Origin: Candidatus Latescibacterota bacterium
GTDB lineage: Bacteria; Latescibacterota; UBA2968; UBA8231
Direction: 5' to 3'
NCBI GenBank assembly: GCA_965242865.1
Contig: CBDETK010000013.1
Location: 3,008,001 to 3,072,000 of the forward strand
Length of the DNA stretch: 64,000 nucleotides
Shown here in pieces: positions 50,746 through 61,300 of the stretch. Positions within the stretch are counted from its first letter, which is position 1; each line of letters opens with the position of its first letter. The notes under the pieces were generated by a model. That model did not search any database, was not told where the DNA came from, and worked only from the letters and a program-made list of their open reading frames with translations. Made by a program: the position numbers and the translations under genes.

Positions 50746-52005
50746 TCAGGTCTTGCGCTCCTTTTTCTTGGCCGCCGGGAAGAGCACATTGTTTAAGATC
50801 AGCCGGTAGCCGGGCGAATTGGGATGCAGGGTGAGGTTGGTCGGCGGGTCATAGACGTGGTGCCGGTGGTCCTCCGGGTCGTGGCCGGCATAAAAGGTAA
50901 ACGTGCCCTTGCCGACGCGGCCGTGGATGTACTTGACGCTATCGGTGCCGTCTTCTTGGCCGAGGAGGATGACCGAGTCCTTGATCAGGGACTGGCGGAA
51001 GGCCGTGGTCTGGCCGAGAAAGCCATCGACGATGTTGGTGTGGCACTGAGTGAGCATCGTAGGCACAGGGTCGTATTTGGCCGAGAACTCAAACAACGTG
51101 AAATACTCGGCCTCGGCCGTGCGGATCCGGCGCATGTCGGCGGGCGTGGTGTCGATGTTTGAAAATTCGTACACCAGCGGGTTGGTTTCGAGGACAAAGT
51201 TTTCAAAGGCCACAGTGCGGCTGAAGTCGAGCTGGGCTTGGGCGTTGGGGTCGGCCGCGTCGCCATCGAAGACTGCGTGGCATATATCCACGGCGAGCGC
51301 GGCGAGGGCAATGTCAAAGGTGTCGGTGGCCGAGCACATCGCGAAGAGAAAACCTCCGGCCGCCATGTACTCGTAGATCTTGACCACCACGGCCTTCTTT
51401 TGCTCGGAGACCTTGGCATAGCCGAGGCGGCGCGCCATCTGCTCGTACGCGGCCTGCTGCTGGCGATACCAAGGCTGATTGCTGTAGGAGCCATAGAACT
51501 TGCCGTACTGGCCGGTGAAGTCCTCGTGGTGCAGGTGTAGCCAATCGTAGTCGTCGAGCGCGCCTTGGAGCACTTCGTCGTCCCAGATTTTTTCGTAGTC
51601 GATTTGGGCGTATTCCAGCGAAAGCGTCACTGCGTCGTCCCAAGGCTGTTTGTTGGGCGGCGTGTACACGGCGATCTTCGGCACCTTTTCCAAGCGCACG
51701 ACCTCCATGTTGGACGCATCGATCTCCGCGTAGATCTGGGCGACTTGGGCCTCGGAGATGCGCTCGGTGCTGACGCCGCGCAGAATGGCTTCGCTGGCGA
51801 TGAGGTCGCGTGCTTCCACGAGGAACGCGCCCCCTCGATAGTTGAGCAACCACTCGACCGGAATGCCGCGCTCCAAGGTCCAGAAAGCAAGCCCGTAGGC
51901 CCGGAGGTGGTCGCGCTGGGAGGAATCCATGGGCACGAGGAGCTGCTCGGCGCGGGCCGGAAAAACGGCGAGGGTGCAAAGGGCTAGGGCAAAGAGAATG
52001 GGCAT
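50746..52005 (-). CDS. Conserved secreted protein (family often annotated 'asparagine synthetase B' in FCB-group genomes)
   Basis: Signal peptide; HLRAYG, WLLNYRGG, DWLHLHHEDFTGQYGKF, MCSATD, GHDPED, SPGYRLILNN. Confidence 0.8.
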   Translation of the reverse strand: MPILFALALCTLAVFPARAEQLLVPMDSSQRDHLRAYGLAFWTLERGIPVEWLLNYRGGAFLVEARDLIASEAILRGVSTERISEAQVAQIYAEIDASNMEVVRLEKVPKIAVYTPPNKQPWDDAVTLSLEYAQIDYEKIWDDEVLQGALDDYDWLHLHHEDFTGQYGKFYGSYSNQPWYRQQQAAYEQMARRLGYAKVSEQKKAVVVKIYEYMAAGGFLFAMCSATDTFDIALAALAVDICHAVFDGDAADPNAQAQLDFSRTVAFENFVLETNPLVYEFSNIDTTPADMRRIRTAEAEYFTLFEFSAKYDPVPTMLTQCHTNIVDGFLGQTTAFRQSLIKDSVILLGQEDGTDSVKYIHGRVGKGTFTFYAGHDPEDHRHHVYDPPTNLTLHPNSPGYRLILNNVLFPAAKKKERKT

Positions 52006-52007
52006 GG

Positions 52008-52808
52008 TCAGCCTCCTTCGCGCAAGAGTCGGAGCCGCTCAATGTGCAGGCGCACCTGTGGAGCGAGGGCGTCGAGCGGGTGTTGGAGGAGCGCGGTCTC
52101 ACAAGCCTTGAGGGCCTGCTCAATCGCGCCTTGGCGCTCGTAGAGCGCGGCGAGCCCGAGCTGGGCGGCCACGATGTGTTCGCCTTGGGGAAAGTGGGCG
52201 ATTTGACGCTGGTACAGGGCTAGGGCCTCGTCGAGCCGACCTTGCTCGGCGCGCAATTCAGCGCGGGCGAGCAAGCTCCACTCGGCCAGGCCTGGGGCGG
52301 CGCGGTCTTCAAGGGCCGCCCAGTGTGCGTCCGCCTCCTCGCTCAGCCCCTGCCGTTCTAAAAGCTGGGCGCGGCTGAGATCGGCGAGGCCATCGGATGT
52401 TGCGTATTCCTCGCTGGTGGCCAGCAGGGCGAGGGCGTCATTGGCAAGGGCATGGCCCGGGTCGGCCGCGGCCAGCGCGGCCAAGGCGGCACCCGCCGCG
52501 GCAAAATCGCCGCGGAAGTAGAGCAGCTCGGCGCGGTGATAGCGGGCCGCGTACGCAGCCGGACCGCCGCGTTGTTCCACATCCGCCCAAAAGCGATCGG
52601 CGCAGTCTAGGTCGCCCAAGCGCAGGCTGCACTCGGCGAGCAGCATCAGGGCGTCCTCGGCCTGCGGGGCTTCAACCACCGCTTGCAGGGCCGTACAAAC
52701 ACCTGGGGCGTCGGCGTGGCGTTCTAGCAACAGGCGCGCTTGGAGGTCAGCGGTCGCGTGGGCCGCGCTCCACAGGCCGAGGACGCCGATGAGGACGGGT
52801 ATGTTCAT
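52008..52808 (-). CDS. TPR-repeat periplasmic protein
   Basis: Signal peptide MNIPVLIGVLGLWSAAHA and TPR-like helices; an alternative in-frame start exists at 52961. Confidence 0.75.
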   Translation of the reverse strand: MNIPVLIGVLGLWSAAHATADLQARLLLERHADAPGVCTALQAVVEAPQAEDALMLLAECSLRLGDLDCADRFWADVEQRGGPAAYAARYHRAELLYFRGDFAAAGAALAALAAADPGHALANDALALLATSEEYATSDGLADLSRAQLLERQGLSEEADAHWAALEDRAAPGLAEWSLLARAELRAEQGRLDEALALYQRQIAHFPQGEHIVAAQLGLAALYERQGAIEQALKACETALLQHPLDALAPQVRLHIERLRLLREGG

Positions 52809-52970
52809 GGGGCGTCGCGGATTGCGAGGAGGGCGATCGTCATTCCCGCAAAAGCGGGAATCCAGCTCTGTACGGGACGGCCTCCGTGCCGTCCCTCCCG
52901 TCATTTGTATGTTGTCGATTCCTCCCTCGCAAGCGGGAATCCAGACAGCGGGTATGTTCATGGGGCGTCG
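52796..52970. repeat. Composite palindromic element (ATTCCC-N8-GGGAAT units + GTAC REP) flanked by a 22 bp direct repeat
   Basis: GTCATTCCCGCAAAAGCGGGAATCCAG at 52839-52865; GTACGGGACGGCCTCCGTGCCGTCCC at 52870-52895; degenerate unit at ~52914-52944; direct repeat CGGGTATGTTCATGGGGCGTCG at 52796 and 52949. Confidence 0.88.
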
Positions 52971-55900
52971 TGCGGTTGTAGGTCTTGGTAGATTTGGTCG
53001 TAGTAGCGCCGGAGCACGGCTCGGTACTCCTCGGGATAGGGACCGGCGAGGGCTTCGCGCAACGCGTCGCGCCACAGGTCGGGCGGCTGCCCGCGATCGG
53101 TGGGCAGGGTGGTTGGGCCGGCGTAGGGCGGGGTGGTGCCGGCGATGCTGCGCCGCTTTTCTTCAAAGCCGCGGCTGTGGATGGAGCGGCTGGCATCGAG
53201 CATGCGCTGATAAAGGCGCTCCTGATTTTGCCGCGTGCGCTGGGTGAGCCGCCCCCGCTGCAAATCGGCCAGTACGTCCTCCATTTCCTTCTGGATGGTT
53301 CGCACCCGCTGTTGCGCCCCTCGGTGCCCGCGCAGCGAGCGGGCGATCTCCCCGAGGGCCTGCATGAGACCCTGCTGTTGGGTGCTGAGACGGGCAATTT
53401 GCTGCTGGAGTGCAGGGCCTGACATCTGGCCGAGGGCCTGCTCGGATGCTTGGTTGAGCTGGCTCTGCTGCTCGGAGAGGCCGAGCAACTGCTGCATGGC
53501 CTCGGCAAAGGCCGAAGGGGTCTGGGCTTTGGCGAGGTTGTCGAGGCTCTCGCGCAGAAGTAGAACGGTCTCGTTGAGATAGCGCATGGCCTTTTGCTGG
53601 GGATTGCGCGCCCCCTGCGCGTCGCGCTGGCCGAGGCGTTGGGCTGCGTCGTGCATCTGGCGCAGGGCATAGCCGATGGTCGCGCTCAAGTCCGGGGCCA
53701 AGGCCAAGGTGCGTCGGCCCACGGCCGCGACGCGCTCCACGACCTGACTGGTGCCTTGCAGGAGCGCGAATTGCTCTTGCGCGCTGGCCTCGGCAAGCAG
53801 GCGCTCTTGGCGTTGGGATAGCTCGGCGAGGTCGCGCAGGGCGCGGCGCAGGGCGCGGCTGAGCTGGTCCTTTTCTGCGGCGAGGTACTCGTCTTGAAGC
53901 TGCTGCAAGTCCTCGGCCAGCGAGTCGAGGTCGGCGGCCAAAGCCTGCCCGGTCTGCTGGGCCGCGTCTGGGGATTGGGCGCGTAGCTGGCGCACCATCT
54001 GGCGCATCCGCTCGGCGAGGGCCGCGCGCTCGATGTGCTCGGCGCGGCGCGCTAGCTGCTCGGCAAACGCGGGCTTTTGCTCGGTTGTAGCGGCACTCAG
54101 CTGCTGGAGCTGCTCGGCGAGCCGCTCGGTGTCGCGCTGCAAACTGCCTTCCTGTAGCTGCTGGCGCAGGCCGCTCTGGCCGGCCGCGAGCTCGCGGTTG
54201 ATCTGGCTCTGGCGGCGGGCGAGCTCGGCGGCTTGCTCGACAATGGCGCGCAGCTGCTGCTCGGTCCGCACCTGTTCGAGGAGGGCAATGGTGCGGTCGA
54301 GCCGCTGCTGGAAGGCTTGCTGGTCTTGGCTAAAGCGCTTGAGGGCGTCGGCGAGGGCTTGGGGGTCTGGATCGCTGGCGGCTTTTTGCAGGTCGGCGAG
54401 GGCCTGCTGCATTTCGGGGGTGGCGATGTCGCCCATGAGCTCGCGGATGTGGTCGAGCTTGTCGAGCAGTTGCTCGGCAGCCGTGCCCTCGGCCTGCATG
54501 GAATCAATGGTTTTCTCCAATTCGGCCGCCAGCTCCTCCACGGCGCGGGCGCGCTCGGCCTCGGCTTCGAGCGTCGCTTCGAGCTCCTTCTTTTGTTCCC
54601 AGCTCAGCTCCTCGCTTTTGAGCAACTCGCGGCGCACCCGCTCGATGTACTCCTGATGGGCCTGTCCACCAGCCGCCAGTTCCGCCAAGGAGGATAGCTG
54701 TTCGCCTTGGGCTTGGTCGGCCTCTGAGTAGAGTTCGTACAGGGAGGGAAAGCGCAGCACGTACTGGCGGCTCTGCCCTTTTTGCGGGCCGGATACTTGG
54801 TTGTTGTCGAGGGCCTCTAGGTGGTACAAGATGCGGTCTTCGGGCAAGAGGGTGGCGGCTGACAGGTTCCAGACGTGGCTGACGCGCACCTCGCGCTGGG
54901 GATTGATGGGCAGGGTTTGGCGCTGTTCGGGGCCGTCGTTGACTCGATAGACTAAGGCTACTTCCTCGACGGAAAAGTCGTCGCTGGCCTCGGCTTTGAG
55001 CAGCACCTTGAGGGACTCGGGTAGGTCGCTGTCGTGGCCGGGTTCGACGAGGGCGACGGCCGGCTTTTGGTCTTGGCGCACTTGGATGGCGTAGCGGATG
55101 GGGTCGCGGTTGGTCGCCCCTTGGCGATCGACGAGGGCGATGTGGTACGCCCCCGCACGCTCGATTTGGCAGGCGACGCGGGCGACCGCGCCGTCGAGTT
55201 GGGCCGAGAGGGTGTCGTCGTCGAGGACCAAGGAAGCCTTCGAGAGGGCCTTGTTGGCCGCGATTTCCAAGGCGACGCGGGTGCCGAGCAGGCCCTGTAT
55301 GTCGCCGCCGTCCTCTTCGATGCGGTCGGGCAGCCGGCTGTACGCAGGATACTGGTAGTGTAGGCGCATGTGCTGGACCGCCGGTGGATCGATGACGCGC
55401 ACCTCGTATTCGGGCGAGCGGTCGTCGCCGACCGCAATGGCGTAGCGGAAGGGCCGCTGCACTCGGGGAAAGGTGTACGCGACCGAGTCCGCGCGGTCGA
55501 CCACCAGTTCTTCGCTCTGGTAGGGTGCTGCTGGGCTCGCACGGCGCACGATGTGTGCGCGGCGCGGCTTGTGGCCAGCAAAATGCACGTGCAGGGTGGC
55601 GTCTTCGCCCTTGACGACTTCGAGGTCGCCGGGGTCAACGGTGATCCGGGTGCGCGGGGGCCGCTCGTACGCGGTGAGGGGATGGGCGCAACGCTGGGCG
55701 GCCGCGGCGAGGCTATCGCCCCCCAACGCACCGCACAGGAGCGCGACGCCACTTATCCCGCCGAGCAGGCGCAGGTGGGCGTAGAGCGGCCGATAGTCGA
55801 GGATTTGCGCTGGCTTGGCGGCGCGCAACAGCGCCGTGGCTCGTTCCCGCGCGGCCGCAAGCAGGGCCGGCGAGTGCAGGGCGGGGTCGGCATCGGATAG

Positions 55901-56218
55901 CTCTAGCGCGCTAATTAGCCGCTGCTGGAGCGGGGGGCAGCGCCTTTCGACGAAGAGGGCAAAGCGGTGCCACGAGAGGACAACGGGCAAGCGCCGCTTG
56001 AGGGCAACCGCCAGCACCCCCCCGGTACTCAACAAGGCCAACAGGCCCACGCCCACGCGCCAAGGCGGCGACAGAAAGAACAGGGCTTCGAGCAACACCC
56101 ACAGCAGGCCGAGGCCCAACCCGACCGCGAGGGCGAGAGCGACCCCAGAACCGAGGGCGAGGGCGAGGGCGCGGCGGCGGAGGGGGGCGAGCAGGGCGGT
56201 GACGTGCGTTGCTCCCAT
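52958..56218 (-). CDS. DUF4175-like membrane-anchored Ig + coiled-coil protein
   Basis: N-terminal TM helices, Ig-like segment (Y.YPAY, ASDDFSV), long Gln/Ala-rich coiled coil, C-terminal PEEYR....YY. Confidence 0.8.
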   Translation of the reverse strand: MGATHVTALLAPLRRRALALALGSGVALALAVGLGLGLLWVLLEALFFLSPPWRVGVGLLALLSTGGVLAVALKRRLPVVLSWHRFALFVERRCPPLQQRLISALELSDADPALHSPALLAAARERATALLRAAKPAQILDYRPLYAHLRLLGGISGVALLCGALGGDSLAAAAQRCAHPLTAYERPPRTRITVDPGDLEVVKGEDATLHVHFAGHKPRRAHIVRRASPAAPYQSEELVVDRADSVAYTFPRVQRPFRYAIAVGDDRSPEYEVRVIDPPAVQHMRLHYQYPAYSRLPDRIEEDGGDIQGLLGTRVALEIAANKALSKASLVLDDDTLSAQLDGAVARVACQIERAGAYHIALVDRQGATNRDPIRYAIQVRQDQKPAVALVEPGHDSDLPESLKVLLKAEASDDFSVEEVALVYRVNDGPEQRQTLPINPQREVRVSHVWNLSAATLLPEDRILYHLEALDNNQVSGPQKGQSRQYVLRFPSLYELYSEADQAQGEQLSSLAELAAGGQAHQEYIERVRRELLKSEELSWEQKKELEATLEAEAERARAVEELAAELEKTIDSMQAEGTAAEQLLDKLDHIRELMGDIATPEMQQALADLQKAASDPDPQALADALKRFSQDQQAFQQRLDRTIALLEQVRTEQQLRAIVEQAAELARRQSQINRELAAGQSGLRQQLQEGSLQRDTERLAEQLQQLSAATTEQKPAFAEQLARRAEHIERAALAERMRQMVRQLRAQSPDAAQQTGQALAADLDSLAEDLQQLQDEYLAAEKDQLSRALRRALRDLAELSQRQERLLAEASAQEQFALLQGTSQVVERVAAVGRRTLALAPDLSATIGYALRQMHDAAQRLGQRDAQGARNPQQKAMRYLNETVLLLRESLDNLAKAQTPSAFAEAMQQLLGLSEQQSQLNQASEQALGQMSGPALQQQIARLSTQQQGLMQALGEIARSLRGHRGAQQRVRTIQKEMEDVLADLQRGRLTQRTRQNQERLYQRMLDASRSIHSRGFEEKRRSIAGTTPPYAGPTTLPTDRGQPPDLWRDALREALAGPYPEEYRAVLRRYYDQIYQDLQPHDAP

Positions 56219-56287
56219 ATCGGTTCCTTTCTTTGAGGCTGCTCGGTAGAATTTCCAAGACCGCCCTAGGCAAGTCAACAGCCGCCG

Positions 56288-58237
56288 CTACCAGATCATC
56301 ACTGCGTTGCCGCTCTCGCCGGCCCAGTAGTCAATGGCGTACCAGAGGCCGGCCGTGACGAACTGGCCGAGAATCAGCCCCATGAAGAAGGGCCGGGTCT
56401 TTAAGTAGAGCACCGGGCCGCCGTAGCGGAGGACGAGGCCCTTGCAGAGCCAAGCGAGGAAGACGCTGAAAAACATGGTGCCGAAAACCGCGCTGATGGG
56501 AAACCCCAACGGATGGAAGGGCCACCAAAACAGGTGTTGCCGCGCCGCGAGCAAAAGCCCCATGACCCCGGCGCCGAAGGCGGTGTAGAGCCAGTTTTGC
56601 CAGTGCGGCCCATCGAGGGCTTGCAGGCGGGCGGCCGCATTGTCAAAGGGATAGCGCGCCGCGCTGCCAAAGAAGAACGGATCGGTATTGATCCCACCGT
56701 AGCGGTAGCCCAAGTCGAGGATGGCCCAGATCGAGCTGCCGAGGGCGACGAAAATGGCGAGGAGCATGGCCCAGAAGATGAGGCGACGCCCCTTTTTTAT
56801 GGTCTCTTCGGCCAGCTTGAGGCCGTTGGCGCAGGAGGCCATGACAAAGGTGAGGATGTCGCTGGCCCATACATACGTAAAGGCGAGGGCGGTGACGCCG
56901 GACGCGCCAATGGTGCGGGTGCCGAGGCCGGCCGCGACAAAGTCCGAGGCGATCATGGGCGCGAAGATAAAGGCCAACCCCCCTTCGGCCACTACGCGGG
57001 TGATGCCGATGAAGAGCACAAAGGCGAAGAACAGATAGATGGGAGTGACCCAAGCCGGCAGGCCCGATTGCCACAGCCAGACGCCCATAAAGGCGAGGCT
57101 ACTAGCCAACATCAATAAAGCGGCCCGGTAGGAGAGAATTTCTTTGGAGTCGTCGATGTCCGGCGCGGCAAAAATGGCCTTGCGCGCCACGTCGCGCAGG
57201 TGGCGGCGGGCGGTCCACAGGCCGAAGAGCACCAGGGCGATGACCGCGCCAAACCCTTGGTGGACGATGATGGAGCCGGTGTACGTGCTGTACGCGCCGA
57301 GCACCGGGTCGATTTTCTGTACCCCGAAGATGTTGAAAATGCCCTGTTGAACGGTGTTGAGCAGGTAGAAGAAGCACAAGCCAAAGGCGATGTCGCGGTT
57401 GACGAAGTAGGAAAAACCGAGCATCTGAAAGCTCAGGCGGAGCGGGATGTGGATGCTGTCGCGGAAGAGCGGAATCGAGTGATCGAGGCTGATGCGGGGG
57501 AAGTACGGAAAGTAGTGATGCAGCCCGTTGGCACTCTGGACGATGGCGGGGATGGCAAAGCCGACCCACAGCAGCGGGTTTTTGAAAAAGGCGTTGAGCA
57601 CCCCCGGGCGGGCGTCGTCGTCTTGGAGCATGGCAATCGGCAGCTGGACCAGCGGAAACACCAAGCGCTCGTTTTCGATCCACTGCTTGCGCAGCACCAC
57701 CATCAGGGAAATCATCGCCAAGTAGAGGGCCAGCACAAAGGGCAGCCAAAACGCCAGCGGCGGCAGCCACAATTCCCAAGGGATGCCCGTGCCTTGGGGC
57801 GCCCCTTCGTAGAAGTTTTTGATTTGGTCGAAATCGCGATGGGGGATGAGCCAGTCTGGGATGAGCGGATGGAGCAGCTCGGCCCAGTTGTTTTCGGGCG
57901 TGGCATAGTAGATGACGCTGGTAATATCGGGCAACAGGAAGGCGGTAAGCCCCCACTCGGGGATGGCGGTGGCGACGATCCACATGATGTAAATCAGGGC
58001 CAGCTCGGCCCGGCTCAGCATCCAAGCGCGACGCACCAGGCCCAGCAGGGTGTTGACGACAAAGACTAGGGCGAAGAAGAGGATGATGGCCGCGGGCGTG
58101 TTGAAGTACGAGGCGATCCGGGAGCCGTGCAGCACCATGTTGCAATACGGAACGCCGGCGCCAATGGCCCAAGCCCCGGCCGCGCCGACGAGGAGGGCGC
58201 GGAGGCCGAGCCGCTGGGAAGTGGGGGATGGCGGCAT
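56288..58237 (-). CDS. Polytopic membrane protein (DUF6785/DUF6784-like)
   Basis: Many TM segments; RKQWIENERLVFPL, WWPFHPLG, LRYGG..LY...PFF.GLILG. Confidence 0.8.
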   Translation of the reverse strand: MPPSPTSQRLGLRALLVGAAGAWAIGAGVPYCNMVLHGSRIASYFNTPAAIILFFALVFVVNTLLGLVRRAWMLSRAELALIYIMWIVATAIPEWGLTAFLLPDITSVIYYATPENNWAELLHPLIPDWLIPHRDFDQIKNFYEGAPQGTGIPWELWLPPLAFWLPFVLALYLAMISLMVVLRKQWIENERLVFPLVQLPIAMLQDDDARPGVLNAFFKNPLLWVGFAIPAIVQSANGLHHYFPYFPRISLDHSIPLFRDSIHIPLRLSFQMLGFSYFVNRDIAFGLCFFYLLNTVQQGIFNIFGVQKIDPVLGAYSTYTGSIIVHQGFGAVIALVLFGLWTARRHLRDVARKAIFAAPDIDDSKEILSYRAALLMLASSLAFMGVWLWQSGLPAWVTPIYLFFAFVLFIGITRVVAEGGLAFIFAPMIASDFVAAGLGTRTIGASGVTALAFTYVWASDILTFVMASCANGLKLAEETIKKGRRLIFWAMLLAIFVALGSSIWAILDLGYRYGGINTDPFFFGSAARYPFDNAAARLQALDGPHWQNWLYTAFGAGVMGLLLAARQHLFWWPFHPLGFPISAVFGTMFFSVFLAWLCKGLVLRYGGPVLYLKTRPFFMGLILGQFVTAGLWYAIDYWAGESGNAVMIW

Positions 58238-58302
58238 ATAGCAGCCCTAAATGACTTGAAAGCACGGAATGTTCATCGGTACTGTCTTTTTGCCTAGGAG
58301 AA

Positions 58303-58329
58303 GTCATTCCCGCGAAAGCGGGAATCCAG
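58303..58329. repeat. ATTCCC-N8-GGGAAT palindromic element
   Basis: GTCATTCCCGCGAAAGCGGGAATCCAG, same family as the unit at 52839. Confidence 0.85.
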
Positions 58330-58346
58330 TCTTAAAAAGGGTGCTG

Positions 58347-61300
58347 TCAGTACGCCACCCCGATTAGGCGCGTCTCGCTGGTGTGGGACGCAGAAGCCGC
58401 ATCGACCTCGGCCGCTATCTTGCAAAGGTACGTCCCCGGCGGCACGAGGTGCCCGTCGTCGCCGCGGCCATCCCACGTGAAGACCTGTTCCCCAAAGCCC
58501 TGCCGACGCCCGCTCCACACGGGATGGCCGGCCAAGTCAAAGACGCGCACCCAGATGGTGCGCTCGGCGTTGAGGTTGCCGAGCGCGAAGCGGATGTGGG
58601 CGCGGTCGTTGGTGCCGTCGCCATTGGGGGTAAACGGGTTGGGCGCGATGGCAACGCCCTGCACGACCCGGTTGGACAAGGGCACGGAGATGCTCAGGGC
58701 GGTGCCGGGCGTCAGAAGCGTGGCGTCGCCCGGATCGACCTGCTGGTAGGTGTCGGGAAAGGCCGAATCGCGGATGGCGGCATCTACGGTGGTGCCGTTG
58801 AGCAGCACCGAGGCGCGGAAGCGCACCCGCACCAACTCGCCGACGGCCGCGATGGACCCGCGCTGGCGCCGAGGCAGGGCGTTGTACGCGGCTTGGTTCA
58901 AGGGATTCCCCTGGCGGTCAAACGGAAATTCGCCGCCCTTGCCGATCAGCCGGCGAAAGTAGCGAATCTCGCCTTGCAGCGAATCGGCCAAGCTCCGATA
59001 GGCGAATTCCTCTACGGCTTCGATGTCGCGGCCCCCCCGAGCAAAGTAGAGGATGTCGCCCTGCTCCTCGACCGGCAGGCCGAGATAGGTTAGCTCGTTG
59101 AGGACGCGACCGTCGCCGTCAACGGGCACCTGTTCGCCCTCTTCGGTCACGACTCGGTAATAGGTGCGGGTGTCGTCGTCGGCCGCCTGCAAGGCCACCT
59201 TTTCGGGCAGGAGCAACCGCAGGGGGGTGCCTGGGGCCGCCGGGAAGATCTGTAGGGAATCGCCCGTGGCCGCGTCGATGAGCACGTCCGCGCTCGCGCC
59301 CGCAGCGGAAAAGAGGCGGCGGGGTTGGTCGCGGGCCAAATCCTCCTCCCGGCCGAGTGCCACATCGGCGATGGTGAGTGCCTCTATGGGGGCGGCGTCG
59401 AGCAAGATTTCGTCAAAGCGCCGGCTGGGCGGCCCCCCGGGCTGGTGCTCTACAAAGGTCGGTTTGAGATAGAGCGCGAACTCGCGCACGGTGCGCGGTT
59501 CGACCGTATTGGGCCAGATCTCAGCCACCGTCCGGTGGGCTACCGGGGGCAGAAATTCCACGGCAATAGAGCGCAGGCTGGCCGCGGCGGCGGGCGAAGT
59601 GGAAAGCAGCCGCGCTTGGAGTTGCAAGAAGCGGCGCGGGCTGGGGGAGGTCACGAACTGGCCCGAGCGGGTGTAGCGCTGGCTCCAGCTGGTCCAGCCG
59701 CCGCCGGGTTGCAGCCGATTCACCACCGGCCCCTTAAAGCTGGTCGGCAGGTTTGCGTAATCGGTTTCGGTTTTGCGGTCGCCGCCGTTGCCGTAGTACT
59801 CGACGATCTCCACGAGGCGGTCGCCGGTGCGCGTACGGATCTGGACATCGACCTGTGCTGAGTCCGGTAGGTCGGCTTCCCATTCAATGCGGCCGAGAAT
59901 GACCGAGCCGGGCAGCTCGATCATCGGCGAGGTGAGCGTGACCTCCGAGGGGTAGCCCTCGCCGAACAACTGCACCTCACGGATGCGGTCGCCGGTGTTG
60001 TACCCGCCGGCGCGGCCCGCTTGGCTGGTGTATATCTGGCTGGTGAGGTAGCGCACCGGCTCTAGTTGTTCAAACTCGCTCTCCACAGTGCCGCCGGTTT
60101 GGCGGTGCATCTCGCGCCACTTTAGGCTGCCGTTGGAATCCCGGGTGCCGTCGGAGATGCGGACGACCATTTCATCGACGCCGCTGATGTCGCCGACCAT
60201 GCGGAAGTAGTTGAGCCAGAAGCGCGCCCCCAAGTCAACAGTCATAATGCCGCGGTCTTCAAAGCGCGGGTCGGGCGACCAGACGAATTGGAGGAAGTTG
60301 CTCTCGTAGCGACCATCGAACCCGGGCAGGCCGCCGAAGGTGCCGGTCAGCTCGACGCTGCCGCCGCCGTTGATGACGTCGAGGGCGATGTTGTCGCCTT
60401 GGGTGAACACCTCTATGGCTGCGAGGCGGGGCCGCTCGCGCCGGTAGTGGATGAGGCGACCGCGCCGCTGGGGATCGACGTCCTCGTATATGCTGCGGGC
60501 CACCTTGGTCTCCGTGCCGGCCGCGTTGACGATGTGGTAGTCAATGCCGCCTTGCTCGTCGAGCGGCAGGGCCGCGAACTCGGCTTCGGGCACGACCGCG
60601 AACTTGTCCAGCTTGCTGTCCGTAACCGCGATGCGGAGGATGTGGAGCTGCTGGTACGCGCCTTCGTCGTCCGGGTCGAGGTTGAACTCCACCGAGGTTT
60701 GGTGTTCGACCGGGGCAATGGTGCGGTCTATGAGCGATAAATCCGCCCCCCGCGCGTCCGAGGATGTTCCGAGCAAGCGCACTTGGCGGAAAGGCTCGCC
60801 CGCGCTGGGGTCGAGGAAGCGCAGCACCACCTTGGCGACCGGCACTAGCCGGCCCAAGTCGATATCGACCGTCCAATTTTCGAGCGAGTGGCTGTGGTAT
60901 TCCACGCGGCGATCCCCCAAGGCGGCCGCGGTGTATGCGGCCTCATCGGCCCGCCGCTCTACGCCATCGTCGCCTTTGACGATAAAGTAAATCGGCCCCT
61001 TGACCGCCGGCGCGAGGTCGTCGTACTCGGCGCGGGAGACCAAGGTGCTGGGCTCCCAGTAGGTCGTCGGGTCCCCGTCGAGAATGGCCGTGGCCGTTTC
61101 GATGCGGGTGCCGGCGTGGCGGATGCCGCCGTGATAGTAATACCAGATAACCGGATCGCCGACCTCGATGTTTTTCTTTTTGTTGGCCTTTAGATAGACG
61201 ATCGGCACCCCGGCCACCGTGGCCTTGGCCGGGCGGATGTTGAGGGGTATGGGGCGGTCGGCGCGGTTTAATTCCTTAACCAGCTTGTCGTACGCACTCT

